From contig OU015567.1 of assembly GCA_907165135.1 (NCBI GenBank), positions 8,122,001 to 8,186,000 of the forward strand: a DNA stretch of 64,000 nucleotides, given 5' to 3'. The notes under the pieces were generated by a model. It had not been told where the DNA came from. It ran no database searches and saw only the letters and a program-made list of their open reading frames with translations. This DNA comes from Oikopleura dioica. Taxonomy: Eukaryota > Animalia > Chordata. Positions 39,646 through 52,589 of this stretch are shown piece after piece (positions within the stretch are counted from its first letter, which is position 1; every line of letters starts with the position of its first letter). A program made the position numbers and the translations under genes.

Positions 39646-42600
39646 CAATTTTTTATTTTTTCTGTCTTTGTTAATTTTTAAATGCCGTTTCTTATCTTTG
39701 ATATCTGTAATAAAAGAGACCTTCTTTGGACATGCTCTTTGTACGTCTCATTCTTGTTTAACCGGAGAAATTAATAGTCGCAAGTTTATTTGGCAACAAT
39801 TCGAAAAGGCGCGTCAAAAATGTACTTTTAAAAAGTGATGTTATTTCTTCGAAGCATTAGCTGAAATTCTCTGCGTCTACGCAACTTTGTGGTTCAACGG
39901 AGGAGACCCTCTTGGAGGGGAATACAAGTAAGTAGTGATGGAACATGAGTATTTTCCGGATTAGCCATAATTGCGGGATTAGATCTGACGCGTTGCGCGG
40001 GAGCTTGGGGATCCCGAGATTCCGCTTCCGCTTTATGAGAATTAGCTCGAAGGTCGAGCTACGTGGTTGCGCAACAATAGGCACAGCTAAACGGTTAGAA
40101 CGGAGCTAAACATCATGCTTGCTATAAATATACAGGTTAACTTGGCCCTGTGCACTTCCGCAACGTGATTATTTACGTTCTCAGACCAGGGCTTGGCAAC
40201 CTGTATTCAAAATCTGAGTCAGGGCCTCAAAGAGCTCTAATGAAAAGTTTTGCGAGAAATTTGATTAATTCGTCGCTCTGATTTTCAAAGAAAAGTACTG
40301 TAATTAAGAAGAAAAGGGAATTCAATGGTTCGACAATGTTTGTTTTCTGGGAAACAGGGTGCGGATGTTTGGAGTTTGCTATGATCATTCTTGAGTCCGG
40401 TTAATTGAATATTCCAAAACTCTAAGCTGTAGTTGGGTGGACTAGGTAACTTTTGAATTATGCGACGACGTCTTCCTGGAAAGGCGAAAAATCATCAATT
40501 GAAAAAACATCTTCAATTGAAGAAAATGCGATGCAAAACTGATCGAAATCGACATTGATCAATTTAACCCTCAAAGTTTAAAGAAAAATCGTTGAAAAGC
40601 GACCTAAAAATAAAACATATAAAAATCAGCATCGTCGAAATATTGTGAGCAAATACTTCCGAGAAACCGTATTGTCCGTGCAGGTATATTTGTTGTCCAA
40701 GCAGCGCTAGAACTAAGAAAAAGAGGGCTTGGCATCTTTTTTATCAAATAAGATGTTTCATTACTAGCAAGGCTGATTTGTTATCGGGAAAATTGGATAA
40801 GATTTCTTTTTCGGGATAAATGGAATTTGTCCCGGTCATGTCGAATAAAATTTGTTCCTGTTTTTTGATCGCTTATTTTCGATGTCAGGATTTGACAAAG
40901 GGTTGTCGCCAGGAGGTGCGAGGAAAGTGGGTTAACGGATTTGCCTATTTTTAGAGACTTGTTCATCGTACTTTGCCACGGTACTTATTCACTTTCGAAA
41001 AAGGGCTTGTCGGGAAGATTCCAGTAGAGAGAATATTTTCATACATAAAACCTGTGTTTAGATAAACTAAAGACAGCATCTGTTTAGAGGCGCCAAAATG
41101 ATTCCATTGACATTTGTCTACACTTCGACATGGCGGAAAATGAATCTCTGGCGTGGCAAAATAGCCAAAAGTAAATATTTCTCGGACATCTGAGCCGACT
41201 TCGCTGACCTTCAGCAAGGAAATGAAGTGACGTTTTCTTACCATACTCACCATGAAGCTCTCCTTTGGGAGTAGGAGGAGGAAGGGATTGTTTTTGCTCC
41301 GTTCAAATTAGAACAACTTAGAGGAATCTTTTTTACCAATCTTTTCCTTTTCATTTGCCTTCGATTTTACGATGCTCACTCTTTTGACGGCCAAAAACGC
41401 TATAATATGATTCTAGCGCGTGAAAGTAGTTCTAAACAAAAAATTTAGAAAAATCCAATTTTGCAGCTTCGCACGCAAATTTCGGCGTTAAATTTTAGAT
41501 GCGTGTTTGGCCTATCGAGTTCCATAAGGCGGAAGAACTCAACGAGCAAATCAGATAAATAGATTGAGCCGGAACGCATCAAAGCGCGCTTCCCCAAATT
41601 TGCGAAACATGTCACTCGCCGCTTTTTTACGATAGAGTCGGCTTTGGGACAGAATTGACAAACGGGCGCCAAATCATGAATACGATTTGCCGCTTTTGTA
41701 ATTGATAAATGTTTGATCAATCGTCTGATCACGTGCTGCGAACATGGGTAATTGCTAATTATTAATTTCCTCGCTAATGAGATAATTTATCTCAGATAAA
41801 TGATTCCAAGTTCATCGCTCTCAGCATAATTCGTTAACTATCCAAATTGATAGTATTAATCGAATGGCGGCATATTATGCCCGGTTAAGTTGTTTTGATT
41901 CAATCATGCTCACTTCCAACTTCAAGTCAAATCTTCACTTCAAATTGGTATATCAAACACTGAGAACATATTCAATTTATAAATTATAAATGTCTAGCAA
42001 GAGCCCGATATCAAATTCATAGACATCCCAAACGATTAAGGGTACTACCATCGATAACCTGATTTTCCAACGACTTTCTCAGAACTAACTGTTAACAAAA
42101 TTTCAGTTTAAAAATCCGCTGAGCTTTAAATTGAGGGTTGAAATGAAGAAGTATTGCGAAGAAATGAACAGTTTGAAAATCGGGTTTACCACCTGCGGAT
42201 ACAATTTTTTTAAAGAATAATTGAAGATTTATTTTTCATTTTTTCTCTCTCATGAACTTGATTTTTTGTTCAATTGTCATCAGCATCAGCATCATCTTCA
42301 GAGATCCGATTCTGGGCATTTTCGTAGTTTTGATTGTCTTTATTTTTGGATTCGAAAAAGCAGTGCTTTCGGTGTTTTTTCATAATTACTATACACGTTG
42401 AAACAAAGAGTAATTCTCAAGTCCGCTTTGTTTTCGACAATTAATGAAATCACTTGAATACGGGTCAATAATGCGAAACATTATTATTATGAGCATCGTG
42501 GGAGGAATAATAAACGAAACAATACCAAATAACCTCCCCGTCAAGGAGAAATTGAAATTGTTGATTGATTGTTTTTGATTTCGCTTGAAGAGCCACCCGG

Positions 42601-44464
42601 CGAGCTGGCCCAAAATAAAAGTGTACTTAGAAAAAATATTTATCTTAGACGCGCTTTACTAATTTACTTGATTCTAAAGTTCAACCCTCTAGGTTCTAGA
42701 GTTTAGGAGACAAATAAAACGACCGTTTCACCTTATATTTGAGATAATTTAATAAGGGTGTTAATATGAAATGAAAGCCTGAAAACCTGCCTTTTGGACC
42801 CTTAAAATTTGATTGAAATTTATTAAACCTACATGTGGATTTTTCCGGTATTTTTCTTTCTTTTTTAGAACTTTCCGAAATAAGTTCGTTTTCCTCGGCC
42901 ATTTTTTAAAAAATTGTCAGTTCTGTATTTTGAAAGACAACGTTTTCGAACCCGTGGCTAAGCTTTTGGAGTTGAGATCAGCCTCTTCTTCTTCGTCCGA
43001 TTCTTCTAGCGGTAAGTGAACGTGCCCCTGGATCAGTCCTAAAACAAAGAAGATGAATTCGGTAAAGAAGAGCAGATCACGTTGACGGAAAATAGGTGAA
43101 CTTACGAAGGTCATCTAGGCGGGCGAAAGATGCTCTTGCAAAAATGGAGAGCAAGAAGAACTCGAAAATGACGACTGCGGATTCAACCACTTTCATGTTC
43201 AGTTGCCAGTTGAGCGGAGAAACGCAAGGAATTAGTTGGAGCTTTGATATCGTGGTGAAAAAATAGCTAGGTAGATTGAGATAAGCTCAATCATACTTTC
43301 CATTATTTGACTATTAATTGGACACTATCACTTTTTAGCACGTTAATTTACACTTGAATTTCTATCACTAAAATTGCCCCTAGACCTAGGGTGGCCAAAA
43401 CGAAGGGGGTCAAAAGGGGAGCTCTCAGCCGATCAGATTTCAGTATTCGGCTTATTACAAGCGAGCGAGGCCCCCCTAGAAGCCCAAAACTTTTGCCCCC
43501 ATACCATCTTTTTAGAAAAAAGTTGAAAAGAAAAAAATTTTCCACGCGTTCCTTTGGGTCCCCCAATGATGCAAAAATGAGCGTCTGAATGCCCCTGATG
43601 AAAACTATGAGCAGCACCGAGTTAAATTTCCAATTGAGCTTATGCTTCCTGTCGAATTCCTGAATAAGAATTTGAGAATGTTTCAAAAAGATTCCTTTGG
43701 CTTTTGAGAAATCATCATCGTTACCGCATCGAGCATCTTTGACTGCTGGAACTTCTTTAACTCGAGTTCGATTCAACATTCTTTAGTTTACCTCAGAAAT
43801 TACTCTCTTCTTACCCATGTTTAATACCGTAGATGGCGGTTGAAACATATAACAATAATGTAAACGTTGGAAACGTGTTATCTTATCGCGTTTAGCGAGA
43901 AACTACGACAGACATTATGCAAGATGAAGAACATTTGAAGAAGTTGGTAGTGTAAATTCAGCTCTTCAATTAGTATTCCAAGATGGGGGAAATACAACTA
44001 AGGCCCAAAAGAAAATTTATAGTCAACTGTTTTTACATATAAAAAACCATTATTTTAATTGATATTCAAAGAAGACAAATGCTTCTGACGGCTTTTAAAT
44101 TATTTCTAGAGAATAGAACTCTCCTTGAACATATTGGCGGCGTAAATGCAGGTGATGGTGGAGAGGAGCCGGATAACACCAAAGTAGTTGTCTACGATGG
44201 GATTAATTTCGCGATATACAAGAATTCTTGCGGCTTGGCAAAATACCAACTTGACAGTGAAGAAACACTCGGGCCAATTTTTTAGAACGCGCGGTAAATT
44301 GACGCGAAAAGGGCACTTTTAATCACTTCTAGCTACAGGCAGCTGTACGTTTGTTCTTTTCCAAAACTCGATCAACTTTGTTTAATTTTATTTTCAGGAG
44401 GCAGAAAGATAATTGAGCCCCTTTTTCAAACGTTTTTCCAGTTCATATTTGAGGCTAGGCTCGA

Positions 44465-44604
44465 TGTAAAAAACCTGAGTCAGGGTCTGAAGAACTAAAC
44501 GAAGCGGCTTTTTTCATAAATGAAGCCGCTTAGTTAATAAAAATAAGCCGCTATACGCCTTTTCATTTTAGCTCTACCGACCCTGACTCAGGTTTTCTAC
44601 ACAG
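44465..44604. mobile_element. Short MITE (~140 bp)
   Basis: TGTAAAAAACCTGAGTCAGGGTC ... GACCCTGACTCAGGTTTTCTACA inverted repeats, with internal AAGCGGCTT/AAGCCGC motifs. Confidence 0.7.
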
Positions 44605-47285
44605 ATTGCTGAGGCCATATTTTAGTGATTGGAAAAAGTTAGGTTCGAGTAACTCTGTTCTTGCGAGTTCTTAATCTCACATTTCTAATGTCGCCGATTT
44701 CGGCAAAACTGACACGACTTACCAGGCGTGATCTTGCTAAAGTGATTCCCAGCGACAACTTCTACCCAGGCGACATCGCAATACAGGATGATCTAAAAGA
44801 GTGTTCGAAGAAAGAAGCCTTCTTTTTGAAGGTAAGCGGTTCTTTGAACACTTTCCGAGATAAAACCAATAATGACGTTCATAAAGCAGAATTGGATGAT
44901 CCCCCACTTCATAAACTTCGCCCAGAAGCTAAAAAAAAACGCATCGTGAGATTTGAGTGCCTGTCGAATTATGCAAAAAATAAGCCTAAGCTTGATTGAA
45001 GCCAAAATATTTGAAAAAACAAGAATTTGAAAACAAACTTCAAGATTAAATTAACTTCTTATCCAAAAATAAAATAGCAATTGACATTTGTAAATTTTGT
45101 AAATATAACTGAAAAAACCTTGCCCAAGAATTTTCGCAAGAAATCCATAAAAAATACCGATTTTTTTTTGTTTGCAACTTTGGGAAAGCCTTTTTAGCAA
45201 ATAAGGGTGACACTTACATATTATTGTGAACAACTGGCAGGCAACAAAGACAGCAACAAGGGATTGCGTTCGATTTGGCCTCGAAACATTCTTGCGTGAA
45301 CCTCCGTCGACCGCCGTGAATCATTAGAACCAAACTGAAGAGAAAATTAAGGAATACCTTTGACGACCGCCAGTGATTTTGTTTGATATGACCCCTGAAT
45401 TGTTTTTTTTCTCAAAATTGAACTTGCCAACTTGAAAGCTTCAAGGCCAAATTTTCTTATAAAAATAAATCGTAAATAAAATATGCGGTTTTCATTTCTC
45501 TAGGACACCCTAATTTTAACAGATTAATAATTCCAAATATAAATTGGGGTGTTTTTTAAATGGGCATTTTCCACTAATATATCCTAATTTTAACGGATCT
45601 GAAGAATATTTAATCCCGGATTAATAATCCGTTAAAATGGCGATATCGAGAAAATTGCCCAAAAGAGACCGTAAGTTATGTTTGGAGCAGAGTCATTTGT
45701 CTCTAATAATTTGAGTCTAATTATTTGAGTCTAATTATTAGACTTGTAAACGAATATTTCCTTCCACAAAAAAGCCCCCCAACCGGAAATTATCTTGAAG
45801 TAATACATAGTCCTACATACGTATTTCTATTTGTATGTATACCTGAACAACTTATTGATAGCAAAAGCAACCCAAACATCGACGGCAAACTCCATATACG
45901 AGATTGATCTAAAAACCAAAGCAAAAATTTGTTACGAAATTTTCCCGGCCTCAGAAAATCTGAAATCATCTAAAAAACCACGTAGCGTGTACTGTTGGTT
46001 ACGATAAAGCTTTTGAACTGAGTGGCGTCGGGCTTTTCGGAAAAAAAGAAAATTTCCTACCTCGGGATAAACAGCGCGATCATGAAGCAGCAAATTCCGG
46101 CGGGGTAGATTCCTGGATTCCTGATTGAAACTATTTGAAAGCAAAAATAAGCGACTAAATAGTATTTGAGAAGAATCTTCTCAGACGATTCTTTCTAAAG
46201 CGACCTTCTTTTTTTCGATCCAGCAAGAAGAATACTGGGGTAAATTGTTGAATTAAATATTTATTGAAATAGTCGTAGTAGAAAGGACTACGTAAGCGAA
46301 AGCATGTCGCGAATACGAGTGAAGACAGTAGTTTATTAATTTCATCAAATTAACCTGTTCGCCTCGGACAAGAAAGTACACATGTCCCGGGATTTGTTCA
46401 AATTAGAGTGAAAGCAAATACCGAAAAGGGGGGACAAGGGTCGTCTACAAATCAGCCTTGTTGCCACAATTTCAGTCGTAAGATCTGAGATATCGATGCC
46501 GTAATTTTGTTCTAAGCCGTTTTTCTTAATTCTAGTGAAAAATCGCTAAGCTCAGAAAATTTCTCCCAAAAAACTCTTTTCATTTTGAAAAATATTATAT
46601 TTTTCTATCATGAGATAATTGTTAGAACAGCGTTGTAATTAACTTTAGCGCTTGAAATTGAGTGGAATCAGACGCTCTGAATAATTATCCTTACGATTGC
46701 TACCACCCTGTTAATAAATTTAATCACTTTGTTCAATTACAAAACAATGCATAATGCGCGCTCAAAATTGCCTTGGCAATTGAGCAATTTTCAATCTGCA
46801 ATCAAAACAAAACAATACGATTAACTGAGCTCAACAAAGATCAATTTTGCTTGATCAACTGAATAAAACTTCATTCTTTCGTCGTTTTTTCTACGTGTTT
46901 ACTGTTTAAATTCGGGAGAATTAGGCATGGACAGGCCCAGATTTCGCCGCAAAGCTGTTGCTGTTTATGAATACTTTATTTTGGAGCTAGGTGGATTTGA
47001 GTTTTTCGCGTGAATTGATCGGCTTTGGCTTAGCTTTTTTGGGTCTTTTTGGATAAACGTTGTCGTGGCGCGAAACGGTCCAAACAGTTCAGCAGTACGC
47101 ATTAGTCCCGAGATCAGACCACAACAACGTATCATTTTAAGGCGGATAAGGGGCGGATAAATATGCTTTTTTGTTGAAAATAAGTCTTGTTCGATCCTAG
47201 ATTTTAAATCCGGGAAACTAACGAAGCCAATAACTAGTTCCGCGGAAACCAAATGGGACTTCTGAATAGTGCGACAGTTGGCTAC

Positions 47286-47320
47286 CTGTGTAGAAAGCCT
47301 GAGTCAGGTTTTCCACACAG
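47286..47320. repeat. 35-bp palindrome, a collapsed form of the 44465 MITE termini
   Basis: CTGTGTAGAAAGCCTGAGTCAGGTTTTCCACACAG is a near-perfect self reverse complement and matches both TIRs of 44465-44604. Confidence 0.7.
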
Positions 47321-48624
47321 TTCTCAGGCTTCAAAGGGTCATCGAAAAACCCCGGTCCGGTGGAGTTTTATAAGCGAAAAAAAGGTTCGAAAGATCATAA
47401 AAAAATGTGTTTCAATCAGCCAATTTCCTAAAATAAGAGTTCTCAAAAAGAAGCGCTCCATTCTGAGCACCTTAAAAAAAGCCCCTCAAAAATCCTTTTC
47501 TTCCCCGTGAGGGTGGTACTCAAGCACGTTCGTTTCCAAACGATGATTTTTCTTTTTGAAGAACCCGTTCCTAAAATCCAATAGAGAGTGTATCGGACTC
47601 GTTTTCTTCTCGCGTGTTTTTGCAAAAAGTGGCATTCGGAAATGAATATCTTTTTGAAGGATAAGTAGATTAGCGATATTAAGTAATTGGACGAGGAAGA
47701 GCTTATCCTTTCCAGAATGGCAGAAATAGTGATCAGCACCGGAATTAGGACATAAAAGGTGGTAGCCACTCCGCCCCAAGTAGCGCGCATATTCTCATGA
47801 AAAACCTAAATATTCGGATAATAGAAGGGCAAAAATAGAAGGACGGAAGTTAAAGAGGTTTGACGATTCAAATTTAATCTTCTTTAGGAAAAATAATTTC
47901 TGCCATCTTGGTTTCATAATTTTTGATACCGTTTTTGAGTATACTCAAATAAGTCAAAAGAATTTCACAACGAAGAATTTCTAGCTCCTAATTTCTATTT
48001 TATAATAACAAATCCTCAAGCAGGATACAGCGACAAACGAAGAGGGTATAATCCGTTCACCTTTCACAATATTATGCATCAAATAAGGGCATCACTCTAT
48101 TTCCCAAACAGAATTTTACCTCAGAGGTCGGCGCAATCGACATGCAAGTATTTCGCCAATCGGCCGGGTTGAAGCCCTTTTCCACGGGTTTTAGGCTCAA
48201 TTTTAATCAGATCATTTCAAGAATCCGCAATTTTGTAAATGATGAACCCGTGGCTTCAAAACTACATTCAATTTCTTCGCATGCTGCACCTCTCCAAAGT
48301 CCACTTCTTCGCTCATTTCTTTCAATCTCTGTTTCTGATAGCGTATGCGATGAATATTTTCTTGGCAGTGGAATTGATGCTCAGCGAATTGTTAATATTG
48401 ACTCGACCGTCATTTATTATTATACCAACAATTATTCACTCTCTGCAAATTTTGCGCGGCTCGAGAAAATAAATTTCAAGCGTAGAATTCCTGGAAAACG
48501 GAAATCATAGAATCTATCAGATTTTATCAAACTTGATGAACTTGCGATTGAGTTCATCAGATAAACATCACAGAAAACCTTTCTTAATTCAAGAAGCGAG
48601 TTGCGGCTTCGAGAAATGTAAATA

Positions 48625-48713
48625 AAGCCGCACTCAGTGCGGCTTTTCATTTAAAACTCGAAGCCGCACTCAGTGCGGCTTTTCATTTAAAAACTCGAAG
48701 CCGCAAGCGGCTT
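48625..48713. repeat. Tandem hairpin repeat, 36-37 bp unit
   Basis: AAGCCGCACT-C-AGTGCGGCTT occurs twice, followed by a shortened AAGCCGC-AA-GCGGCTT. Confidence 0.75.
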
Positions 48714-49434
48714 CTCGATTTTTACCCGTATAAAATATTGATTATATTAAATATTCTATAAACTATTGTCTTTTTCAGCTTTTTCAAGCTCTTTCACGAT
48801 CCTTTTTACAAAAAGCAGAAATCCGAAATTCAAAGACAGAATTTTCTACTTTAGAAATGAAATTTTTTCTTCTTCTTTCTTCTTCTTAAATTTCTAAACA
48901 GCCTCTAAAGTATATTTATCGAGTCAAGAAACGTGTTTCTCCATAGATAAGTTCCCCACGACCTCTCGAAGCAATAGTTTCTGCGGTGAATAAATTTAAA
49001 TATGGCATAGTTAAGTATTTGCAATTGGAGTTTCGACAATTGAGAGAAGCGCTATCTGTACCCTGAAAGTGTTCGGAAGTCGATAAAAATGAACAGAAGA
49101 TAAACTGGTGGCTATCACTCTTTTTTGCTGGCAGCGATCTGGTGAATAACACGCGCTCTTGAATTGACCAGCTATCGATCCCTAGAAAATGAAAAAGCTG
49201 AAAAACCAAAAATCCGGACACGATAAATCCCGCTGAATTCACTCCAGCGTCTGAATTTTTAAGGCACGCAACTGATGCTTAAAAAGGGGCCTTTAATAAA
49301 CAGGATAAAATATATTTTTAAACAAGGAGGAAGAAGAAAAGATGATTGTTTCCGCCAGTTACGACAAAATGGTGATAAAAATCAAAATCTTTTCTTTGTC
49401 TACCTGAAGCGCTTGGCTTGACGCTTGGTAGAAA

Positions 49435-51077
49435 ATGAGGAATTTGAAAGAAAGCTGGAATTTATTTGTTTTTCTTATTAATTTTTCATCGGCGCAGAAA
49501 GTAGAGAGAATTTACAACGGAAAAGATTCAAACGGATATGTCTTTCTTGCGTCGATCATTGAAGAAAATAACGGTCAGTCTGTTTTGTCTTAAACGACTT
49601 TCATTGTCATTCTAGTGATCAGCTGCGGCGGCTCACTCATATCCGATGATCTTGTTCTCACAGCCGCGCATTGCGTAATTACGGGAAAAATTGCGAAAAA
49701 CACAGGTTCCGCAGATTCATCATTTTTCAATTTGGATATTCAACAAACACCTCTCTGGGTTTCGGCTTGTAAATTATTCTGTTGATACAAATGATAAAAT
49801 CAAATATGGGCAAATTCTAGCGAGATTAATTCAAAGTAAGAAATTATCACACTGATCTCCCTCAAAGTCCCAAAGAGAAGAAAGGACCTTAATGGCCAAA
49901 AAAGCGCAGCCGATCATAAGGATGTGAGCCGGAACCGATCATACCCGGTCGCCTTTGGTTTGAGCAGCTCAAAAACGCTTGAAAACGCACTTGTTCGATT
50001 CGTTTCCGATGCTTACTGCCACAGCGATTATGCCCCCCTCAGGAAAAGATTTATTAAAAATAACTGCTTGAAAACAAGTTTGAATGAATTAAATCAAAAG
50101 AGTGACACGTTCCGTAACGACATTTGCCTCTTGCGTCTTTCCACCCCGATTCTTCCTGAAGACGTGAGCTCGTTAATTCAAGTAAAACACGTTTGCTCGT
50201 CCAAAGAAAAGTGCCAAAAGAATCTTTGTCTTCCAAGAAGCGCGCAGGAAGAACCGCCAAGTGAGTGCGTCGTTGCTGGATTTGGCTATACAGAAGAATA
50301 TATCAATTCCAACCCGCCGCAGCTTCAAGAAACAGTTGTCAAATACTACTCGCATGAGACTTGCTCGAAGTGGCACAAAGATTTCAACCTTTTTGAGGGA
50401 GAACATTTTTGCTACGGGATGAAGGTAAATCCGATTCGTCAAATCAAAAAAGAAGAACTTCAAAAACTGAGTATTTTTAGCTCGATTTTTAGCGATTTTT
50501 GGGAAAATTTTTATTTAAAATACCTGTGGAGGTGTAAAATCTGGTTCCTGTTTGACAGGTCTTTGTCCTGTTTTGTCTCCTGTTTAGCTTTCCTTATCCT
50601 GTTTATATCAGGATTCTGATACTCCCGTTGTATAACCGCTTGTGTAGCCAGATAAAAAGACAAATCTTATCTTGAGTTGATACAGAAACAGTCCGAGATT
50701 AACAATATCGCATTTCATTGCTTTACAAATTTATTCAGGATGGCTCATCAGATAACTGCGAGGGCGATTCCGGTGGGCCTCTTATCTGTCCTTCGTCTAA
50801 AGAAGGAACACTCGTCCAAGTCGGCGGAATCGTTTCATTCGGCAAGCGCGGAATCTGCGAACGTAGCCCGGAAGAGAACAAGAAATCTCCTGGAGTCTAC
50901 ACAAACGTGGCCAAATATCTCTCTTGGATTCAAAGCATCGAGCCAGAAATCGATCTTTCTTGCGCTTCGGAAAGAAACTACTACGCGCTAAGCAGCAGTG
51001 CATTCAGCATTTCATTCCAAATCATCGCAAATCAAAGTTTTTTTATTTTGATGTTATTGCTCGTTTTTCTTGAATAA
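49435..51077 (+). CDS. Trypsin-family (S1A) serine protease with hydrophobic GPI-like C-terminus
   Basis: Signal-like N-terminus, activation site ER|IYNG, CGGSLI, LTAAHC (His), NDICLLRL (Asp), DNCEGDSGGP (Ser), PGVYTNV, and tail SSSAFS...FFILMLLLVFLE*. Confidence 0.9.
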
Positions 51078-52589
51078 AATGAAAATAAACCTTTCGACCT
51101 AAAAACCTTTTCCATTTATTACAAAATACGCAATAAACGTCTTCAAAATACGAATTCTTAAAAGCCCTATTTTTGGCTTAATAATTGGTAATTATGAATT
51201 GCCGAAAAGAACTCATAAACTAATAGTTCAGCAAATTATAAATTGATAATTGCTGAGTCCTTTAGTTCTCTGTTTATAAACGACATGCCACGTGATTATA
51301 CGATCTCATATGGTACGGCAGGGGGGGGAGAAAAAATAACAAGATTCATAGCAGATTTTTTTTTCAATGTCGAAAGCCCCCTTAGAAGAAATAAATAACA
51401 AACACGCGGATTCAGGGCAGAATTTGAAGATCAGCAAAAAATGACACGTTACAGTTCTTTTTATAAGACAAAATTCCGAGGCCAGCTTTATAATGTTTAC
51501 GCTTTTACTGTTATTTGAGAAAATATGTAAGACTTTCATTCATTGGTCCGAAAAATGCAGAAAAGTACGTGGAATTCAGCGGCTTGCTACTGACCAAGTC
51601 AAAGAATGTTTTTTACTTTGTTTGAATGAGCGAATTTCGCATAAACTTGTGTAAAGACACCCTTGAACAGCTTGACACACGAGTCAATTTTCCCTCTGCT
51701 GAATTTCATTTCGACCCTTTTTCTCATTTTTTTGGCGAACTGAATCAGTCAGAGGAAAAGTGATCACTGATCATCAACGAGCAAGATTCACCGAAAATAC
51801 CTGAATAAGGGTCTTGAAAATCGTTGTAGCGGCTTCACTAGAGCTTGAGAAATAGATCGAGATGATAATTTTGGCGAAGCCGCTTTGCGACTTCGTTTTT
51901 AAAAAAGCCGCTGCGCGGCTTTTCGTTGAAGTTCCCCGAGAACCCTCACTCAGGTTTTTTATACATGTTGCTGAACTAAGAGACGGCTTTAATGAAAGAG
52001 TCAAAACAAGATTTTTTCAAATGGTCGATAAAATGCAAGTTCCGAAGTCATAGGCTAAAACATTACGACTTTCGGCGTATTCGTAATTATCGTTCATTAT
52101 CGAAAGTTCGTCGCTAATCGAGATTATCACGTGGCAGGAACAGGAGATTTCTTATCGAAAATCGCTGTTGTGCGTGTGCAAGAGCGGAAGTAGCCAAAAT
52201 AAAACAACGGAGGGGAACTGTGTCATCGTTGAATCGACGTTTGTTGTTTTGAGAAGATCAAGTCCGTAAGAAAAAATGGAACATCCATTTGATGATTTGG
52301 TCAAAAATAAACGAAAGAATTCATCGCAAACATCAAAATATTGCAGCGTCAAGTTCATAGTAAGATTTTCTTTTTTGAATATTTTTAGACTTTTTACAAC
52401 TTGTAGGTTCAAATCGTGACGAGTCAAAAATAATGGCGCGTCTTTCACAGTCCGTTTGGACTTTGGCCGCCTCCAGGCCCAAAATTTCGATCTGATCGGT
52501 GGGCATTTTTTGAGAGAGTTGCCATTCTGAAAAATGCTGCTGCCCGTGCTTTTGGTTTTTATAATTGGGGAGTCGAAGGGCGAGAAAAA

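Noticed and set aside
40187-40203. CAGGGCTTGGCAACCTG, similar to a hAT terminus
   Set aside because: No matching inverted end or TSD found in the window.
42800-45050. Coding-like stretches on both strands
   Set aside because: Strand and frame are ambiguous (43348-43779 minus versus 44079-44999 plus) and no motif was recognised.
47443-47790. Hydrophobic minus-strand ORF resembling a membrane protein exon
   Set aside because: No recognisable family and no consistent neighbouring exons.
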